64,000 nt of DNA from a virus. Taxonomy: Duplodnaviria; Caudoviricetes. The notes below the pieces were generated by a model. It ran no database searches and was not told the DNA's origin. It was given only the letters and a program-made list of their open reading frames with translations. The DNA is taken from IMG/VR virus record IMGVR_UViG_3300048496_000021, positions 31,911-95,910 of that record; one strand, 5' to 3'. A program made the translations under genes and the position numbers. Below, piece by piece: positions 59,401-64,000 of this stretch (position 1 is the first letter of the stretch; the number at the start of each line of letters is the position of its first letter).

Positions 59401-62400
59401 TTCAGGTACAAATATTGGGCAAGGGTTGGATGTTACACCTGATGGAAATCTGGTGTTTATAGTAGGTAATGAGTATAGATATTGCCCAACTCAGGCCAAT
59501 CAAGATGCGCAAGCGTTGAATACATTCTTCTCTTCGGAGAACATCTTGCTATCCAATAACATATCTGGAGTTACAGATATCGTAAGTCGCCATTATGAGC
59601 CAGAGGAATATACCGATAGGCACAATGTTCCTGATGATTTCATTATGCTGATATCGTATGCAGATGATGGGTATACCGTTGTTCATATGGACGAATATCT
59701 ATCCGAAAAAACAGAGACAGGAAAGGATAAATTTGATCCTGCGGAATGTAGAACATGGCACGCCAAAAAGGGCGTTGATTATATGATCGAAAATAACAAC
59801 ACCTCAATAGTGGCAACAGATGACGATATGATATTTTCGGCCAATGACCAATTAAATGGAGTACTGTATTTTTCTGATCTTAAAACTTCCAGTAATCAAA
59901 AATTCCCAACAACTAATATTGGCCAGCGTGGAGCAAAATTCCAAGGAACATGGGGAGAGCGGAATGAGGCGAAGGGTTATGATGCATTTGACAATGAGCA
60001 GTTTGCATTAAGTCCAAATGATGGGATAGGGCGGTATATTAATAACATCGTAGTTCGCACATTTCGTTCAGATGATGCGTCAGACTATGACTTCGAAACA
60101 CCGGTGACGTATGTTGCTATCTCCGGAAATGATGGCGTTAATGCATATGTGGATGTAATGATTATCGGATGGGGTGAAATTGAGGGTGGAGATCGCATCG
60201 TTCAGGATGTGGTTAAGGACGTTTTCGGTCCAACCTCTCAATATGGGTATTACGGAGCAATTGATATATCAGACAATGGAGTATTGTTTGCCGGCAAAGG
60301 GAATGCGGATTCGCTCAACAGAATAGCATACAAAAGTCTCTTCGACATAGAGTTGAATCGTGACGCCAGGTATGCGTGGAATGATATTGGTACAGCCATA
60401 ATGAGCATTAAATCGTATGCATACAAGAGCTCGACAGGCTCATGGAGAAATTTTCTATACTTTGGAACATCGGACAATTCGACCACATTAGAGTATGAAT
60501 ATGGATGTGGGATTATCGATATCGATTCCGACAGTATAGAGTACATCGTAAAATCCTCTACTGGTGCAGTTGCAACTCACGATGGGTTCATCGATATCGA
60601 CTTTAGCGATGAATTTGTTTATGCGCTATATGAGGAAAATATTACATCAGGAGTGAGGCAGAATGGGCGGCCGTATATTCTGTATAGGGACTTTTTCGAT
60701 AGTGGCTCTCAGATTACAGCAACAGAAGGAGCGCCCGAGCTGCAAAGTGAGTGGACAGTGGACCAGGATATCATTCGCGCCGATGGGACAGGCTATCTGT
60801 ACACTAAGCTCTATGGAACAGGGAAAAGCACAAAATCAATTTTTAGTAAAACTATAAATGGATTAATCTTGGCAAATGACTCAGGCGTGCAAATTATGCA
60901 CTGGTTTTATTCGGACAATTGCACTCATGAGTCTATACAGTATGATCTAGACGCTAATCCAGTAAGGGCACACTATATTCAAACCAGAAACAAGCTGGTA
61001 AGTTTGCCAAAATACGTCCAGAAAATATCCAAAGAAGACAATGTATTACAGTGGGTTAACGGCAATACTGCCACATGGCAAGGGCTTGGTTCTGTGATTG
61101 TGTCAGCATTGGAAGTGGCGGATCCTGTACAACATGGCATGTATAAATTCAATGACGCATACCTTGTTGGACTAAAGAAATCAACTGGCGAGGCAATTGT
61201 CAATATCGTTGATTACACCTATGGATTTCTGCTAAGCGGAGGTGCCAATCCATCCGATGTAAACATATATGACCCCAATGACTCTGGGGCATTTGATTCA
61301 CTCAAGGAGTTTCGGGTTGTGCACGACGGAGTTAATGTGACAAACGGAGCAGGAATGAGCCTTGTGGTGAGGGCGCGGGAATTAAACAACATAACACCTC
61401 CAATAGCTGGAGAGGTCTCTGTAGACCCTGCACGAGGGATAGCGTCAATGCCATATCCATCATCCCACATGGCCACCTCTGGATTATTGCTGCCTGCCGA
61501 TAGTGTAGACAGCATACATCTATCTGAAAGCACAGCTTCGTATGTATTACAGGGCACTGGAGTCAGCTACGAACGATCAGGAGAATATTTTTTGCTCAAA
61601 TGCTTAAATACTCCACCTCTCAAGTCTTCCTACATGGTGATGGCAGATCACACATTGGGCAATATATCAACTATCAGCAATTATGCAATACAACATACCG
61701 CACATTTCACTGTTAATATTACAGAAGATGCAACAGGGAATACCAATTATGCAGAGTTGAGATATTATTTTGGAAATGCGTATATCTCTGTCCGATACTA
61801 CAACCCCGAAGGGAGTGGTTCGGTCAGTATATTTATAGACGGAGTATCGGTGTCTACATATTCGATTCCACTCGTTAATACAGGAGATCATAATTTTTGG
61901 ATGATAGCCGATCAGAATGGAGACCTGCCGGACTCAAAAAGTATTACAGTATACATTGATGGAATAGAGAGATTGGAGTATACGGGATTGTCGTTATCTA
62001 TGGATGGAGGAATCAACAAGACAGGAACATGGGCGCGAAACATTAGACGTCAAACTGGAGAACTTACAAAAACAGAAATAAAATTTAAAAATATTGTAAC
62101 ATGGAATCATTACTTTACTAACGATCCGACATGGTTTGCAAATGAAGATCAGCAGCATATCTTATATGGGATACCCAATGGATATAAGGTTGGTGCATTG
62201 GAGGTTGGATACCACTTCAGAAATGAATCGTCAATTGCATTCATTGATCGGGATGGAGTCACTGAGGGCAAAATGGTATGGGAGCCACCAGTTACGCCCA
62301 ATATGGTTGGCATACATTTTATAAAAAATAATAATGCCGGAGGGTGTAAAATAACAATAGAAAATAAAACATTGGCTACAACTTTGCCAAAATGGGATGC

Positions 62401-63043
62401 TCAGGAGTTCAACTGGTATTCTCTAGAGGAGGAGGATTATGATCAATGGATTAATCTTGACATAGATTATTTATACAAAATAGAGGTGGAGCACTCTGGA
62501 GTTGATAACCTAGGGGCAAACGATCGACTATACATACAACAGCCGTACTATAAGTTCAACATGGATAATGGAAATATTCGTCCGCACATTGTTGCCATAT
62601 TGAATGACGCCCGATTGAATGCATATTTATTGAAAAATAAGGATACAATAGAGCCATCCAATATTGCCACCTTTATTGCGTCCAGTGTTGATGAGCTCTT
62701 TATCCTACAAGATACTCATCAGGTATATGATATCGTAAGCGTTAGGGTGGCATATGATTCCACGGAATTATTGTATGATAAATTTGACCCAGAGATTACA
62801 TACGGATCAAATGCTCCAGACTATAATGATAATCTGACAAATGGGGATCATGAAATAACCGTAAAATTCACGGGAGGACCACCTGTACCTGACGGACTAA
62901 CGGGAACGGTTGATATTACATACATTACAGCATTTGATTCTATAGTTGTGCAACATACAACAGAACTGGCTAAGTATAATAATATTGCCGACAGGCGCCA
63001 GCCTCCAGAAATGGCAGACAATGGACTAGAGTTGGAGTATTAG
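56471..63043 (+). CDS. 2190-aa tail fibre / receptor-binding structural protein
   Basis: position after the baseplate; PADPAHPRLDVV motif; beta-rich body. Confidence 0.7.
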   Translation: MRLIKSEERTQIESDQVLTAISQKLLRTIEEIQQASFYDSDKDAAILSGLEIAHVSGMDISISGPAAVMQNIPGHLKVGTQASFSNLTVPPADPAHPRLDVVEARVNIVSTKTDSALRKIVDPSQKKFTYVTGDREYEIIIDVRINSGTPAPSPVAPSPTAGTSAILQGTIAHPPTLDMTDDYILDLANGIDGEFSAVNLRGAVTEATTLAEIESAINNVFGSIMSVDGSNQFVITDIETGEESFFQIREYVMDNLDAREKLFGTPQIAGYRDEYTGENPWFKIGEILVPSGVTVLSPVDILPISGKVDWTADDNIEIVPAYNNHRDSTDLDHPDKSIRLRHLSDEVVRSLEAKDIRASELRLQMDQQSIQILDLKLTQSYLLQFRSIQNNHIIDAYFDYSREGHFDEENILPAKVVTDRWEVRDGDPQYKPGKLKPRRKYFHGEFVEKINIDTSGYPYKGGESWDAVNNVYWRITNNGDNQTGILLRISEHRHRGREAITGQWVLSSGGVGTFWSGIEVVAKSDTDNHIHAVLHGDSANGGLAKIKINQDGTLSLQNIPSGGTIPHDTIVDGTSTYAYSAFRQGLAPYWFNDVALANDTDLLIIACDDSVDPSPTVLIPVNESDDGNGNYNNPITITSNQTGLERYIQGNDIKNRSITILIDTQTIYIKIHDSISSSYAIYEMKFATDFSSNQLYSVSEKYRTIRDTPYDATGNGGIFIDQTGELTEVISTNGGTQGRFINQAARKFTDHPEGTGIVGIRKIRDASWNDLVSPRGLHEKDDGTLYTFDLSGGTVYLHRQKSDGTVNVSIVTNINEGIDITMDAVNDKIWFTVIDVGGKREFYFGTLSTIDTRLDTDVNIVGGVDMNVVTVTTNNLDVITWIVYVAEDDLVYMVNETDNKLDTVETSGVGAAWVQGVFELGAPITAWYGLTFASGRFYLINLDSGDGGSFVEMLKKSKLTALIKYVVGYIRPNTDIFSGTNIGQGLDVTPDGNLVFIVGNEYRYCPTQANQDAQALNTFFSSENILLSNNISGVTDIVSRHYEPEEYTDRHNVPDDFIMLISYADDGYTVVHMDEYLSEKTETGKDKFDPAECRTWHAKKGVDYMIENNNTSIVATDDDMIFSANDQLNGVLYFSDLKTSSNQKFPTTNIGQRGAKFQGTWGERNEAKGYDAFDNEQFALSPNDGIGRYINNIVVRTFRSDDASDYDFETPVTYVAISGNDGVNAYVDVMIIGWGEIEGGDRIVQDVVKDVFGPTSQYGYYGAIDISDNGVLFAGKGNADSLNRIAYKSLFDIELNRDARYAWNDIGTAIMSIKSYAYKSSTGSWRNFLYFGTSDNSTTLEYEYGCGIIDIDSDSIEYIVKSSTGAVATHDGFIDIDFSDEFVYALYEENITSGVRQNGRPYILYRDFFDSGSQITATEGAPELQSEWTVDQDIIRADGTGYLYTKLYGTGKSTKSIFSKTINGLILANDSGVQIMHWFYSDNCTHESIQYDLDANPVRAHYIQTRNKLVSLPKYVQKISKEDNVLQWVNGNTATWQGLGSVIVSALEVADPVQHGMYKFNDAYLVGLKKSTGEAIVNIVDYTYGFLLSGGANPSDVNIYDPNDSGAFDSLKEFRVVHDGVNVTNGAGMSLVVRARELNNITPPIAGEVSVDPARGIASMPYPSSHMATSGLLLPADSVDSIHLSESTASYVLQGTGVSYERSGEYFLLKCLNTPPLKSSYMVMADHTLGNISTISNYAIQHTAHFTVNITEDATGNTNYAELRYYFGNAYISVRYYNPEGSGSVSIFIDGVSVSTYSIPLVNTGDHNFWMIADQNGDLPDSKSITVYIDGIERLEYTGLSLSMDGGINKTGTWARNIRRQTGELTKTEIKFKNIVTWNHYFTNDPTWFANEDQQHILYGIPNGYKVGALEVGYHFRNESSIAFIDRDGVTEGKMVWEPPVTPNMVGIHFIKNNNAGGCKITIENKTLATTLPKWDAQEFNWYSLEEEDYDQWINLDIDYLYKIEVEHSGVDNLGANDRLYIQQPYYKFNMDNGNIRPHIVAILNDARLNAYLLKNKDTIEPSNIATFIASSVDELFILQDTHQVYDIVSVRVAYDSTELLYDKFDPEITYGSNAPDYNDNLTNGDHEITVKFTGGPPVPDGLTGTVDITYITAFDSIVVQHTTELAKYNNIADRRQPPEMADNGLELEY

Positions 63044-63044
63044 G

Positions 63045-63224
63045 ATGCATCGATCAATAAAATTAGTAGAACTTTATAACCAAGTGAAATCTTCTCTCAA
63101 TAACCCGAGCCCCATGGAGGAGCTAATGATGGAGGTGGCCAGGCAGACTATAGCATCATGCAAAGAGTCGGAATATAAGAAAATGGAATCAGAGCGCAAG
63201 GTGCGTAAGAAGAAGAAGGAATGA
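63045..63224 (+). CDS. 59-aa hypothetical protein (not in ORF track)
   Basis: GGAG RBS; ATGA overlap with next gene. Confidence 0.5.
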   Translation: MHRSIKLVELYNQVKSSLNNPSPMEELMMEVARQTIASCKESEYKKMESERKVRKKKKE

Positions 63225-63799
63225 AAATGTTGGCATATTTTGCACAAGAGGCCATCAAGGCACTTGTGGGCATTGGCTCTAAGGCGTGCCTTCATAGGGC
63301 AAAGCATGGATTCGGCGAGAAAACAATTGCAAAAGAAAAAAACATCCGAGAAAAATTGATTGAGACTCGGGTCAAATATGGTGCCGCCAGGGCGTGGCTT
63401 GCGCGATTTCACAATGGCGGAAAGTATGCCGATGGCGACCATAGGGAATATTATTCAATCAATGATATTGTGGTGGACAGCGGAGTGTCCCGACCGATCG
63501 GAGAGCCGCATTATTATTCCAATATACCGATTCAGCTCGCGTATGAATTATTGAATCCACTGTTCGAGAAAAATGAACTATTAATGAATCCCGATGAGTT
63601 CACAAGCGGCGGATACTGGTATAATATGCTCACTATAAATCAGGTTGAGCATATTATGGTGGTTCTGGTTAGAGACACATCGAGGCGATATGGATTCATG
63701 GGGATTACATGGACAACCTTGAAGCCGCTACATGGAGAGCCCGATATGGAGTTTGCCCGGAATATCGCAACCGAACTTAGTGTAATGCTAAGGAAATAA
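63221..63799 (+). CDS. T4 holin-T-like GAF-domain protein
   Basis: A.RAW...FHNGG..G motif and C-terminal GFMGITW. Confidence 0.5.
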   Translation: MKMLAYFAQEAIKALVGIGSKACLHRAKHGFGEKTIAKEKNIREKLIETRVKYGAARAWLARFHNGGKYADGDHREYYSINDIVVDSGVSRPIGEPHYYSNIPIQLAYELLNPLFEKNELLMNPDEFTSGGYWYNMLTINQVEHIMVVLVRDTSRRYGFMGITWTTLKPLHGEPDMEFARNIATELSVMLRK

Positions 63800-64000
63800 T
63801 TGTTGGCAGAATGGGCGCATTAACAATAGAACTGATTGCAGACAGAAGCAGCAGTGGCCCAGTAATTGGAATCAAAAAAAAAGTTGCGAGGAAGGTAAAA
63901 AATAACGCTTTTTAGTTGACAGTACCAGTCCTGTATTGTATATTGAATCCATCAAAACGGAATGAGGTAAAAAACAATGGAGCAATTCACAGCAGCTCAC

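Noticed and set aside
56471-63043. Diversity-generating retroelement or invertible tail-fibre locus
   Set aside because: No reverse transcriptase, invertase or template/variable repeat pair was seen.
1775-63554. Numerous minus-strand and nested short ORFs in the track
   Set aside because: They are shadows of + strand genes or of RNA elements, without RBS or motifs; only the transposase and XRE gene are accepted on the minus strand.

Overview
This is a 64 kb segment of a large tailed (myovirus-like) bacteriophage, with almost all genes on the + strand and read with the standard genetic code. Replication and head genes: a lambda-O-like replication initiator with internal iterons, a MuF-like head protein, terminase (small and large) and portal. 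Accessory enzymes: several DNA-modification enzymes (including a C5 methyltransferase split over two overlapping frames), and Thg1-, Rmf- and RlmN-like translation-related genes. Other elements: a ~3 kb non-coding RNA island (2 canonical tRNAs, several tRNA mimics and repeated hairpins), a 4.66 kb IS1595/ISNha5-type element with passenger genes (TIRs and 8-bp TSD resolved), and baseplate/tail genes at the end. The most interesting signals are: (1) a recurring 24-bp two-armed site (CRAAA-N7-TRYGAAAC) sitting at ~13 junctions between small accessory genes, suggesting a gene-cassette system; (2) a family of tRNA mimics and 12-bp minihelix-like RNAs; (3) an NYN RNase preceded by three ACACT+hairpin RNA repeats and a terminator (type III toxin-antitoxin-like layout); (4) a candidate sRNA whose loop is complementary to an extended RBS (GGAGAACA) shared by ~10 genes. 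All functional calls come from motif recognition by eye, with no database searches.
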